Positions 40,401-54,310 of a stretch of 64,000 nt of DNA are shown one piece after another. The stretch lies in assembly GCA_030265395.1 (NCBI GenBank), contig JARFYF010000022.1:36814184-36878183 (forward strand), in the 5' to 3' direction. Each line of letters begins with the position of its first letter. Positions within the stretch are counted from its first letter, which is position 1. Both the position numbers and the translations under genes were made by a program. The notes beneath the pieces are model-generated. The model ran no database searches. It was given only the letters and a program-made list of their open reading frames with translations, and was not told where the DNA came from. The stretch comes from Rhina ancylostomus (lineage: Eukaryota).

Positions 40401-43400
40401 ATGATCCCACCATTAGAACAGTGACTGGACTTCAAAAACATTTCCTTGAGCATGAAGAACTTTGGGCCATTCTGAGATTCTGTAATGTCTGATATAAATG
40501 GAATTTTTCTTGTTTTTATTTTCTTTCCCTGCACTCACTGTCACACTTGCTTGAACTTCTTTCTGCAATTTCTTGGGTAATACTGAACTAATCTACTCAC
40601 GAATTCCTAGTGAGCTCTCTCCCTCCAAACCTACTTAAGCATTTCTTAATTAATTCCTTCCAAATTTTCTTCTATACATTCTCTATCATTTCGTCTCTGC
40701 AGCATTCAGTATTGCCCTTTCACATGGTCCTTTTCCATGTGGCATTTGCATGCTCAACGTTCCACTTTCCTGGCCCTAAAGCAGACACTTTCCATCAATC
40801 TTCCTGTCTCCTGCTTCCTTTTGCTTTTAAGATATGAATCAGTTGATGACATCTCCTGCTAAGCTAATTACTGCCAGCCTTTATGAAAAGATGTTGCAGT
40901 CAGACATGCTGTCTCTGAGCACTGTTTCTCTTCCTTAAATGCTTACATCTTCAAGCTACTCCATACCACTGTTGCATTGGCTCTGGTAAAATGGAAACTA
41001 CTTTTGGGCAGCAGAAGCTCAGGCACAGCATTGGAAGAGTGTAGCCAGAGCCTTACTCTGCACCTGCTTTACACGGGATTTCCCTAATGACTGTTTTATG
41101 GGGCACTAGGAAATTCTATTCTGCAGCATTAACACTATTTGCCTTTTGGAGCTCGTCCACAAAAAGATATAATACAAAAAAGACAAGCTGTATTACAAAA
41201 TATTTAGTTTGGAAATAAAACTGAAATATCAACATATGTATCAAATGGTGCTCCTAAACAGAATTAGATAAAGCGTCAAGCTTGAATTTGCATTTCAGTA
41301 AATGTTACCAATGACTTGTCAACCAATTTTCATTCTGGGAAAATTAAATGTTGGAATATTACTTAAAAGTGACAATCACTTAGGGAAGATCACATTGCAA
41401 ATCAGGCTCTTTGCAACTGAGTGTGACAGTTTAGTGGTGAGATAAGCTACAAGAGTAGATCAGTTTTTACCATCATTAATGGCTGCTGCTCTCAGCAGGA
41501 CAAGCCTGACTCTTTTAGTGACACAGAGCTGTGTTTAAGATGCTGCATTCTTGATTACCTCTGGTTAAGATTTTTCAACCAGAAGTATAATTTGTGGATT
41601 TCCTACCTAACCGTTTGCTGTGCCCCTTCAAAATAGTTTCATTTTGAGCACTGGAAACCAAATATAAGATTCCAATGAGTGGCTTCAAGTTGAAATAAAA
41701 TCAAAAAGTGAGAACTCAAAGAACAGGCAATCAGCAGCACCAGTGACAACAACTTTGACAGACTAATGTTACTGCATAATATGTGGCTGAATATTCACTA
41801 GACATTAGCAAGAGATCATGAATGCTCTCTGATCATACAGCTGGGGGTGAGGGGCAGGGGAAGGGGGCAGGGTGAATATTCGCTTTCCCTTCACGCAACT
41901 CAGACAATGAATATTTTACTCTACAAACAGAAAATATTCTTTAAATTATATGCAAGGGAGAGAAGAATATTAATCAAAGCACATGAGGAGAGCGGTAAAT
42001 TCATTGAGGCTTGCAGAAGGGAAGGGAAAAATACTGGCTCAATTATGGGATGCATATCATTCTCGGACTGTTACTGTAGGGGGAGGAAATCTCATCTGGT
42101 CTGACAGACAGGGAAGGATGTATTTCCAGAAGTGAATTATGGAATGCTTTACTTGGGATGGTTTCAATAACTAATCAGGAAATGCTTATAAAGTGGAGCA
42201 ATGCCCTTGGACACGCACGTTTTGCAGAATGCACTTCATTACCATTGCAACTCTCTGTTCCATGTCTTGTAAAAATGTAAAGCAGACCATTAGCAGAAGC
42301 TTCATGAAAAAAACGATAACACCAGTGTTGTATTTCAGTCTGGATCAGCTGTTTCACCGTATAGGATCCTCTCGTCATGTGCACATGCAATATTACATCA
42401 TGGCATGGAACTTCAGTTCTGCCTCCCCTGCTTTATTACTACAAAGGTTCTTTTGACCTTGTGTATTTATCAGTATTCAAATGAAATATAACACTATTAC
42501 ATACCCTTGAGCACTCGGCCAAGGATAACAAGGACAGGTACAAATCAGATTTCTATTTGAACTAACCACCTTGATCAGCAGCTCTACCGGACTGATATAA
42601 GTTTTTGAATAGAATAAATAGACAAATGAAGTTGATGTATTAATTTAGCATCTACACTGGGATTTACATTGACACTGCAAATGTCCACCAGAATTAAATT
42701 TTAAATGGAGATATCAAGAGACTGCAGATGGTGGAATCTGAAGCAAAATGTAACTGTTGGAAGAACTCATCAGGACAAGGAACATCTGTGAAGGCCAAGA
42801 GATAGTAGATGTTTTTGGTTTACAGTCCTGAAATTTTAACTGTTCAGAGAGTGATTCCTTATTATGAGGGTGGGTGAGAGGCAAGTGGGTGACTACTCAT
42901 AAAAACAGTTTTAAGAGTTCTGGCAACTTTGCAGTTACAAAAAAACCCACACGTTTTTCAAAAGTAATTGATTAATTGAATGATTTCTAGCCTAGTATTT
43001 ATTCAATGCTGTGACATATCAAATGAAACAATTTGCACCTTCCACATGAATTTCCTTGTTTTGCTTATTTTTTATTTGCACTGGTGCAGGCAGTTTGGAA
43101 AATCAGAAAGCCACTTTCAAACCATTAAAAAGATAGCTGAGGATGAACTGATCTGGGGGCGAGGAGAAGGGGGTTGTGAGGTGGTAAAGGTGGGAACAAA
43201 CAATCATTTTCTAATTCATCATTACTTATAACTATATTGTTTCATGCTCATATTGAATTATGATCATTTGAACCATCTGTCTGTGCTGGAGCTTATCAGG
43301 ACTTTGACCACAGACAGACCTCCAAGCTCATTTCAGTACATTGAAGTATGTGAATTCCCAACAAGTCCCCCAGAATTATCACACACTACCTGATAAAGGC

Positions 43401-43769
43401 TGTTCCAGCAATAACTGGAGAATTTCTCAACCCAGGAGACAAGGGCACTACCTTCCCTGTGGTGTACGGAAGTGTGAATGTACTTTCAGAACTGATTGAA
43501 CCATATGGTATGACTGATGTATTGCTTCATGGCTGTTCAATTCGACAATGATGCCTTCAATAAAGGATGTTCCCCTTTCATCCTACCTTAGCCCAAGTGG
43601 TAGTAATTGCAGCAACGTCAAAGAAGCAACTTTGACAATAACAATGTTCCCACAAACTGGATGAATTTTCACTAGGTTTCAGAGAGGGAGGGAAAATATT
43701 CTCTCAGTCACCTCAGCCTTGATTGAGCACACTGAGATAATACACTGTGTACCTGGTATGGTAACTGCT

Positions 43770-44295
43770 CTGCTCTGGATCATCAGAACCTGCAGGGAAT
43801 GCTAAATGCTGCCCAGTCCATCAAAGGTTCATCACATCCTTCCATCCAGTCCATCTTCGTGGTGTGCTGCATCAGGAAGGCTAACATTATTGTCAAGAAT
43901 GCCTGCCACATTGGGCATTCCCTATCCTCTCTTTTACTTTCTAGAAGAAGATACAGGGAAACCGGACAACCGGACTCACAAACAACTTCTTCCCCACTGC
44001 CTTCAGGCTTCTGAACCAATTACTTCTTTCACATCCACTTTCCGGTGGTGCTGCTATGTTCTTGAGGCCTTAATTCTACCTCTTCCATTATTGTTACTTT
44101 AGCATTCCTTTTTAGCACTATCTCAATTTGCACGCTTATACTTCACACCATTCTGCTGTTTTTGTGCTTGTCACTTCATTTATTGTTGTACCTATTACTT
44201 CCAGGTGTACTGTTTTATTCTGTAAGCTTCTCACAAGCAAGGAATTTCATTGCACCCTGGTGTATATGACAATAAGCTAATCTGAATCTGAACCA
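43770..44295 (+). mobile_element. Rex1/Babar-like LINE 3' fragment
   Basis: CIRKANIIVKNACHIGHSLSSLLLSRRRYR motif; tail ending tatgacaataagcta(atctga)n. Confidence 0.65.
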
Positions 44296-44349
44296 ATTTA
44301 TTCATTGTTCTCACACAAACATGAACTCTTCCTTCCACACTCATAGCTA

Positions 44350-44885
44350 AATTATCCCACATATTTACTGGAGTTGGAACAATCCAGCACAGTGGGAGGC
44401 CATGTAACCAATCATGCACATTGGAAGAATTATCCAAATAGTCCCATTGCCCTAGTTTTTCTCCACTGTCCTGTAAATTTTCCTTCTCAAGCATGCTGAA
44501 AGCTGTTATTAAATCTGCTTCCCTCTCAGATAGCGTATTGCAGATTTAAAAAAAACTTGCTCCTTAGAAAAAAAGTATTTCCATCTCATTGAGTAACTCA
44601 TGATTTTTTTGCCAATTTTCTTAAATATCTGGCCTTAAATATCTGACATTCTTTCAAGAGGAAAGAGTTTTCTTCCAACTATATCAAATCATTTCATAAT
44701 CTTAAACATCTCCATTGAATAACCTCTTGACTGATAAGATGAATAGTCTCAGGTTTTCTTTTTCCTTTACAGAAATGAGGGATCTCATCTCTAATTCCTT
44801 CCATCATATCTCATGTGCGTCTTCCCAAGTCCTCTTCCTAAAGAGTGGTGTCAAGAATTAGACAGAATATGCCTGGTTAGGCCTT
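44350..44885 (-). mobile_element. Degraded CR1 3' fragment
   Basis: cagcacagtgggaggccat..., ttttctccactgtcctgtaaattttccttctcaag pattern shared with other CR1 tails. Confidence 0.45.
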
Positions 44886-44939
44886 GTCATTTAAAACAAA
44901 TTAACATCATTCATACATCTTCTTGCAAGGTATAAACTG

Positions 44940-45275
44940 GACATTGAAGTGTGAGGGACAGGCTGGGGAGTGTTGGTGATACAAATTGTTGGTCACTGAA
45001 GTGGGGGAAGAGGGTTGAAATCAATGTTATGACAATAATGAGATGGGTAGGTTGTAAATTGGCCCATCAGAAGATGATGTACTGTTCCTTGAGTTTATTT
45101 TAAGCTTCAAGATAAAAAAAATGCATATGCTAGAAATCTAAAATAAAAACAGAAAATGCTAGCAAAAATCAGCAGGTCAGGCAATACCTGTGAAAAATGA
45201 AACAGTTAACATTTCAGATCTCTGACCCTTTATTAGAGGTTTGAGCTTTGTTAGAACAGTATAAAGAGGTCAATG
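44940..45275 (-). mobile_element. Penelope-like element remnant
   Basis: Minus strand of 45020-45108 gives KLKEQYIIF*WANLQP (cf. Penelope KLEEQHLIFRLGTLQP), next to the aaaacagaaaatgct...cagcaggtcaggca terminal repeat. Confidence 0.55.
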
Positions 45276-47016
45276 GAAAAGTAAAGATGCCATCCATGGC
45301 ATGAGAGAAAGCATGGACCCTGGTAATTTTTAAACTGCTACATTATTTTAATGCATATTATTCTTTAATAACTGACTAGCAAATCCCACACCCCACTGTA
45401 AAATAAAATAGCTTATCACTCTGTGCCATGCCTCCTCTCACTGTATTTACTCTGTATCCTCCAAAGAAATTGAAGGATGCAACAGATACACATTCTACTG
45501 AATCATAATGTCCTCCTTCCATTTCAATATAGCTTTTAGGAATTTAAGAACCATGTAGAAATTGGGTATTTCTGTTGATGATTTATTAAAGGGAGGAGCT
45601 TCCCACACAGTATCTTGCTATTTGTAACTGTAACAGTTGCATTCCAATCAGGATTTATGAATTATCCACAAGCAAAATACTGCAGATGCTAAAATGCAGA
45701 CAATTCAGTGAGAGGCCTGTGGGCTGCCCTATGTGTCCAAGGTCTGGTCTACTCTCATGACTTCATAGACACAGTCATTTTGTCTGGAGTTCCAAGGTAG
45801 CATGTTTCTTCAGTGACATTATGTGTAAGGCCCCAGGTAAGTGGGAAAGGCCATCTTCAATGCTGCTCCAATGTTGATGGCCAACTTTGTGTATGGCTGC
45901 CTCAGGAAGTTTGTAAAGGCCCAAGATGCAAATAATGAGTTCGAGCTGTGAGAAGGCTGGGTCTGGCCACGTTGGCAAAGCAACCTCAGCATATTCTAGC
46001 AAGACGGAGTCTTTCTCTTCTGCTTTCTTAGGTGGAGAGATTTCTGAAGACAAATGCTCAACTACAAAACTATTGGACAATGGTCCGCTTAGAACATGTT
46101 TAATGTTCTAAGAGTATATGAGGGAGTGGACCCAATTGGATAATTCCCTGACGAAATCATTTCATCACCAGAACTTTCCAATAGGCTCCAGGTTGTACGG
46201 CGGATGATAGTGAATAACAGCTTTGGTATATCAAAACCAAATATTGCTTTGCTATGATAACATTTGGGCAAGATGTTTATGCTGTTGCTTTGGGATTACT
46301 TCTAACGTGCTCAGAACCTCAGATCTATTGCAAAATGTCCTCAAGGCTATGGTCGGGAAAATATAGAGATGCATTGGTACCAGTCCTAGCTCATCCCCAA
46401 TAGCTTGATTACACAGGCTTCTGTGCTCTACATGCTGTTCTCTGGTGTCAGTGGTGACATCAATTGTGCTAGAAGATCATCAATTTGGTGAAAGAGGCCC
46501 TGTGCTCTGCTTCAAAGCTGCTGCTCTTCCTACTGAAGAAATTATCATTGACTGAGTGTAAGGACTGAGTATCAGGATTGAGTAGTACCTAAGGACTACT
46601 TAAACAGGGTGCAGCCGATACAAAGGACCTACTGGCAAAGGCTGCACCCTCCAAACATCCCTTGCACACAATACACAAAATTTAGCCTATGTGGTGTTCA
46701 TTAAAAGCAAGATGTATATGAAATGGAATGATTGATTGTAAAGTCATGAAGTGTTACCTTTCTTTGCTCATGGAACATTTTCTGTACAACGTTCTATGAA
46801 GGAAAGAATTTAATTTTATGGTAAAATATCCATGGCAGGAGATTGCTAAATTTACTGGTGAGAAGATGAGTAAGTAGGTTTGAGAGCAATCAGGAAGGAA
46901 CAGGTTTTGTTGGGAATAATGAAACTTTTCTATGTAGCAAAATACTTTATGCCTCACTGTTTTGAACTGTTTTGATTCTTGCCACTAATATTTTTGTTTT
47001 CTGTTTTTCTTCACAG

Positions 47017-47970
<954 letters not shown>

Positions 47971-49549
47971 CCCTTGAATGCCTCCTTTGCACCTACCCCT
48001 GGTAGTCATTTTTATCTCAACCAGCTTTGGATTTCTGGAAAGGCAGCACATTTAAGCCATGCTAGTGTTTTGTATCAAACATTCTTTTAGTAAGCACGTT
48101 ACCAAATAGAGTGCAGCCAATCCGGTAAATTTCTTTATTGGAATGAAACCATGCATTGTTGAGGTAACCTAATAACACCAGCTACTCCAGGAATCTTAGT
48201 ATAATCTGTTAATTATGGCTTCTGACAGTTTCTTTTGTAGAGAAAGAAAAGCAAAAATGTAGAAGAATATATCTCAGAATGACTACCAAAATCTACTATA
48301 TTTCCCTGAAGTATTCAGCACTATTCATAGTTTATTGGTTATTAACCTCTAGGATGAAGCGTTACCATCTATCAGGTGGATTTAGGACAGAATGTGGTCT
48401 TATTTGATCAACTGTAAGGATCAAGAACAGGGTAAAACTGTAGTTTATGTATATAAGAAAATTGTGATTAACAAAGACTATACCCGAGGCTAAACTGAGG
48501 GCTTTGGATTCTAAATAATTTGTCTATAGCCTAATTACTGGGTCTTCTACAGGAATCTTGCTGCATGAAAATATATACAAAGTCAAGCTTCAAGCTCCTA
48601 GAAAAGTAGTACAGTTTTATTCCTAGAAAAGTACTAAAGTGTTTCACTCCAGATTTTAGTTGTTTCTCTGTAAATATACTTCCTGTTGCTCTTAAAAATC
48701 TTCCGTGTATTATAATTACAAAATAGCTTAGTATAATACTACAAATAATACTATATCTTTGTAACCTAATGTGAGAAGAAGCCACTTTCCCTGCTGTTTC
48801 TGAGTGAATTAGCATAAAATAATTGTGCATTTTAGTACAAAAATGTTTAACTCTTTCAATGAGAGAAATATACTCACATAATCACATCAGATTAAGATGT
48901 TTCTAACACCTATTTTAGTATTAAAGATTTTAGTCTAAGAATTGCTATTTGTATACTAATGGACGCATTTAAAATAAACAGGTTAACACCAGCATTAAAA
49001 GAGGAGTGTCAATCAAATGCTTTAAGTGTGCGTCTGCTAATATCACAAACAGTAATGTCCTACTTTGCTTTTTCAAATTGTCTTCTGAAGAAACATCAAA
49101 ATATAAATAAAGAGAGATTAATTTCAGTACATTTAGCAATGGCAAAGTTAATGCAACCCTAACATGTTTCTTTCTCTGTTCTTTTCATAACAGGGAAGTG
49201 AACTAATTAATTTTAACCAATTAACATCAGCAACAAAAATAGCAGAGAGAAGACAAAATGAGTACAGAGAACAGTCGTAGATTAATACTATCAACAGTAA
49301 TTGTCCCTTTACTGATTAAAATTCACTGTCTTTCTTCAATGTCTTTAATATTTCTGTTTTAGTAAAACAACATTTTCATAACAATTAGCATCCAGAGTCC
49401 CACCCTGTCCACCTTGCCTAGCCTGCTAGAGTTGTTTGACAACAGAATACAAATGTGACTTCCTAGAAACATGGGCCAACTCCACTTCCAGTCCCATACT
49501 CAGCAGCAGGCCTCCTCATTCCAGCCCTCTTGCACACCTCCACAACTTA

Positions 49550-50760
49550 GAACATAACAAGAGAAACTGAGGCAGGAATAGGCCTTGAAGGTTTTCAAGC
49601 CTTCTGCAGCATGAAATCTCATCATGGCTAATCGTGAGCCTCAATTCATTTTGCTGTCTGATCCTAATATCCTCCATCTGCAAAACAACTATTGTTTATT
49701 TTTTCAATAAATTCAATAATTGAGCATCAACAGTCTTCTGAGACAAAGATTTCGAAAGGTTTACAATCCTCGGCATGAAGAATTATCTTCTCTTTTCAGT
49801 CCCAAATGCCTAGCCTTTCTCCTGCCATTTTGTGTCCAGTTCTTGACTCTCCACTTGGTGAAAACAAGCTCTCAGTATCTAACTTGTCAATCCCTCTCAG
49901 AATTGTGTATGTCCACAATTGAGATTACTTCTATTCTTCCAAACTTTGGTGAATACATCTTCTTCATTCCCTCTTCATTGTATGGTCCCCTCAACTGCAG
50001 AATCAGCCCAGTGAATTTACGTTGCCTGACCCAAACACATTCTGTCTCTAGTACTGTTCTCACTTCCAGTTCTGCTATGGCCACATGTGTGTACCATGGC
50101 CAATTTCACTCCTGCCCTACTCAACCCCCAAGGAATTTTATCAGCATAGTTACAATGAGGAAGGAGGCAATTCAGCCCACTGTGTTCTGTACTAGCTCTA
50201 CATATAATTAATATAATTTACTCCAATCTCTCTGCCTTCTCCACAGCCCTGTAAATTCTTTCCATTCAGATATTAATCCAGCTCCTTTTGAAGACCACAG
50301 TTGAATTCATGATTATCCATGGCAGTGGATTCTGTACCCTAATCAATTGCTGCATAATGAAACAAATCTCATGTTCCTTTCCCAATCACCTTCAATTTAT
50401 CTCCCTTAGTTCAGAACCCCTTTGCCAGTGGGAATGTTAAGAGAGTTTCTCTCTATCTACGTCTCTATCCTTCATGATTTTTTGTATCTCTATCAGATCC
50501 CCTCACAGCCTCTCAGTTCCAAGAACACCAGCTTCTCCAGTCTATCCCTATCCCTGGAATCAATTTGGTAAATCTCTTTTGCACCATCTCTAAAACCTTT
50601 ACATCTTTCTTAAAGGGAAGCACCCAGTATTGAACACAATACTTAAGCTGCAGCTGAGCCAGTGTTTTATAAAGGCTTTATAATGGTTCATCATGACTTC
50701 CTGCTCTCTTATTCTATTAGATCCATGATCCATTCTGCCTTAAACAACTTTCTCAACCTG
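49550..50760 (-). mobile_element. Two degraded CR1 3' fragments
   Basis: aacataacaagagaaactgaggcaggaataggcc and aggaggcaattcagcccactg 3'-end signatures. Confidence 0.55.
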
Positions 50761-50889
50761 CCCTACCACTGAAAGTTTGAATTTGAAATAATTAATCATC
50801 TGGATATAGAACTTAGTTTACTTGATGGAATTAGCTGATGAGAATGATCAGCTGAATGCTTCAGTTACCATGGTGTATAACAAAGCAAA

Positions 50890-51645
50890 TATTTTTAATA
50901 GTGTGGAACATTGTGAGGTCAGCACTGTGGTAGAATAAAACAGAAAAACAGAGAACATTTTATATGGTGAAAGACAAAGTTGCTGGTGTATCCTTGAATG
51001 CTAATCACAGAATGATAACATAGAAAAAGCAACTGGGAAGGCAAACAGCTTATTGGCCTTTATTTCAAGAGGATTTGTATAGGATCAAGGCACCTTAGTA
51101 TAACTATATAGGGCCTTGGTTAGGGTGCACCTGGTATATTGAGTACAAGACTGTCTTGCCACCTAAGGAAGGATATACTTATGATAGAGGGGGTGCAACA
51201 AAGCTCAGCGAAATGTTTACTGGAATGGGAAGCTTGTCCTATGAGGACAGATTTAGCAGACTGAGCCAATACCCTTTTGAGTTCAGAAAAATGAGAGGTG
51301 ACCTCATTGAAAGATACAAAATTGACAGGGGCTTGCCAAGGTAGTTGCAGAGTTGTTATTTCCCCGGATTGAGGTGTTTAGAACTAGGGTACACTGTTTC
51401 AAAATAAGAAGAGCTTTCTTCACTGAGTGTTGTGAATCTTTGGAATTCTCTGTACAAAAGGGCTGTGGAGACTCAGAGGCTGAGCATATTGAAGACGGAG
51501 ATTGATAGATATTTGGAGATTTAAGTAATCAAGGAATTAGGACTAAAGTGGAACTGAGGTAAAAGAACAGCCATGATCTTATTGAGTGGTGAAGTCAACA
51601 TGAGGGCAAATGGCCTACTCCACCTTCTACTTCTTCTGTTCATAT
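50890..51645 (+). mobile_element. CR1 LINE 3' fragment
   Basis: GMGSLSYEDRFSRLSQYPFEFRKMRGDLIERYKI is the classic CR1 ORF2 C-terminal motif; tail atggcctactcc. Confidence 0.85.
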
Positions 51646-54112
51646 ATTTCTAAGAAAAATGCCTTGGCAGTGTAGGTACAGTTGCACTTAATTGAATGAA
51701 GCCAGAGTATGATGGATAATACACATTTTGCACTGATTCTAAAGTTAGCTGTCTCCGGCTGGCATTGTTCCCTTTCCCATGTGGTGTCCCCTTACACCTG
51801 CACAAGTGGACAATACGTACCGAAATATAAATGAAGGCTAACTGAGAGCAAGAGAGAAGGTGAGAAGAAGCACATTTTTGACATCTTGATCTATGGCAAC
51901 AAAGCTACTTGCTGTTAAATTATATAAAAGGAATTAAACCTCCTATGTTTAATTAATGAGTTGGTATTTAAACTGCCCAATTATGATGTAACCAAAAGCA
52001 TTTCAGTTACTGAAAACCATAGTATTTTAGTCTCCAATTCAGTGTGCTCTTCCAAGCATTCTGCAGCTTTCTTTTTATATTTTTCACACCTTTGTGTTCT
52101 GTTTCCCATCTTATATCATACTTACCAAAACTCAGCATTTCTTTCCCCATTCACAATAGCCTTTGCCTTCTGTACACATTTACACTATTCCACTCACCAT
52201 ATTTGACAGGTGTGAGAGGGAAGAGAGATCCTTTCTTTTCTTTGTAACAAATAAAAACATGAGGGGCTTAATATTGTATCCTATAGCACAGCATTTATGT
52301 GTACTACAAGGTACAATTTCATCAGAAAATTCTTCACAAAGGATGTTCCAGGTCTTTGCTGAGTATTCTGCCAATTCTGGGATATTCCTTCTGGGTGCTC
52401 TGTGCATCTAATATACTAAGACACAGAAGTGTTTTGTCTGCACGGCAGCATCCAAAGCAGCGAGCTGCAGATCTAGACACACTTGTTTGGTTTTCATGCA
52501 TATGTGCATGGCCTGTGACCTTGGCAGACTTGCGTCCTGCTTTGTTGAAGCTTAAAGGGAAAGAAACAGAGCAGGTTTCCTTTACTGTGGAGTATGGTGT
52601 TGAGAACTTACTTCAGGAGACCCACTAAATTAAAAAACTTGTCACTCACTGTGGTTCTCTCTATGCCCCCCCACCCCCAATTTCCCAAACTAATTGTAAG
52701 ACCAACTTTCCTCCTCAACTTGAATGTTCCCTTGACTAACCACACCCCCAACTCTCACAGTCACTGATTACCTACTCCCCTGACCCTGATTTTGACTGCC
52801 CAATCCTTGAGATCCAATCCTCTGAACTAATGTCCAAGTTCTGTGACCTCCCTGTTTGGGTTTTTCTCCCATATTCCCCCCCAACCCCCAAACAACCTGG
52901 GATCTATGAACCAGCCTCATGACCTGCCTGTTTCCCTCAGCAGTGGGCGACTTGTCAGAAAAATGGCCTTTGAGTACACTTATGGTGCAAGGCTCTTTCC
53001 AGGGTGCCTTGGACTTTGGAAATTTTGTAGCAGTGGGTCCTCAAGCAAAGCTTCTGTTGGCCTACTGTTCATGGCTTGTTTCACTTGTCTTTCTAGACAC
53101 AGCATTTCCTCAGCTGATATGCTTCAATGCATTTTCATGCATGGAGCTAAAAGATAGCTGCAAATGGGAATTTAAAAAGGAAAGGATAANNNNNNNNNNN
53201 NNNNNNNNNNNNNNNNNNNNNNNNNNNNNNNNNNNNNNNNNNNNNNNNNNNNNNNNNNNNNNNNNNNNNNNNNNNNNNNNNNNNNNNNNNNNNNNNNNNN
53301 NNNNNNNNNNNNNNNNNNNNNNNNNNNNNNNNNNNNNNNNNNNNNNNNNNNNNNNNNNNNNNNNNNNNNNNNNNNNNNNNNNNNNNNNNNNNNNNNNNNN
53401 NNNNNNNNNNNNNNNNNNNNNNNNNNNNNNNNNNNNNNNNNNNNNNNNNNNNNNNNNNNNNNNNNNNNNNNNNNNNNNNNNNNNNNNNNNNNNNNNNNNN
53501 NNNNNNNNNNNNNNNNNNNNNNNNNNNNNNNNNNNNNNNNNNNNNNNNNNNNNNNNNNNNNNNNNNNNNNNNNNNNNNNNNNNNNNNNNNNNNNNNNNNN
53601 NNNNNNNNNNNNNNNNNNNNNNNNNNNNNNNNNNNNNNNNNNNNNNNNNNNNNNNNNNNNNNNNNNNNNNNNNNNNNNNNNNNNNNNNNNNNNNNNNNNN
53701 NNNNNNAAACTTCCTGATGGTGGTCTCATACTACAGAGATGGCATTAAAGTATCCACTGTAGAAAACATGAATCACAACAGCAGATACCTATGTCTCTCC
53801 ATCAGCCTGTTGTTACAGAATGTTGTCTTTCTTTTACAAAGTCCTGCTCATTCTGCTCCATGCATACTGAGAGTAGTTACTTTTGCTTAGAATTGTTGAA
53901 ATCTATCTCTCACAACTTTGGTGCCGCTGCTTACTATATTTATGTGATATTATTTGCCAATGCAAAATATTTTATTGGCTGAATGTGCTGCCTCTGGAGT
54001 AACTTTAGTTGATTGCATAGAGCGTTACAAACCATAGATTCTGCTAACCTTTAGTAAGAAACACAAACATAGTACTTAGCATTTCATTCAGCTTTTGCTT
54101 GTATATTTGAAG

Positions 54113-54310
54113 ATTTTAAACAGAACGGTGATGCAGCAAATGCAGCATTGGCAAACGAAGATTGTCCTCATATTGACCAGGCACTGACGCCTGAAGATCA
54201 CCTCCCCTTCACTCGTTCTAACACCAGGGAGAGGAATGCCAGAGACGGGCCCTGCTTCCTCTTATCAACCGGGGAATTTGCATGTCCACCCGATGGAGGA
54301 ATAAGAAAGG
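54113..54310 (+). CDS. KCNC1: Kv3.1 coding exon 3 (Kv3.1b-type C-terminal exon)
   Basis: Not in the ORF track. tttgaag|AT acceptor, phase 1. Translates (D)[65 protein letters not shown], matching Kv3.1b [17 protein letters not shown]...[14 protein letters not shown]. Donor AAGG|GTACGT at 54310/54311. Confidence 0.95.

Noticed and set aside
46972-47016. N-terminal [15 protein letters not shown] of the 332-aa ORF
   Set aside because: This is the branch point and polypyrimidine tract of the exon 2 acceptor.
52919-53890. 323-aa ORF and other X-filled ORFs
   Set aside because: Their length comes from runs of N.
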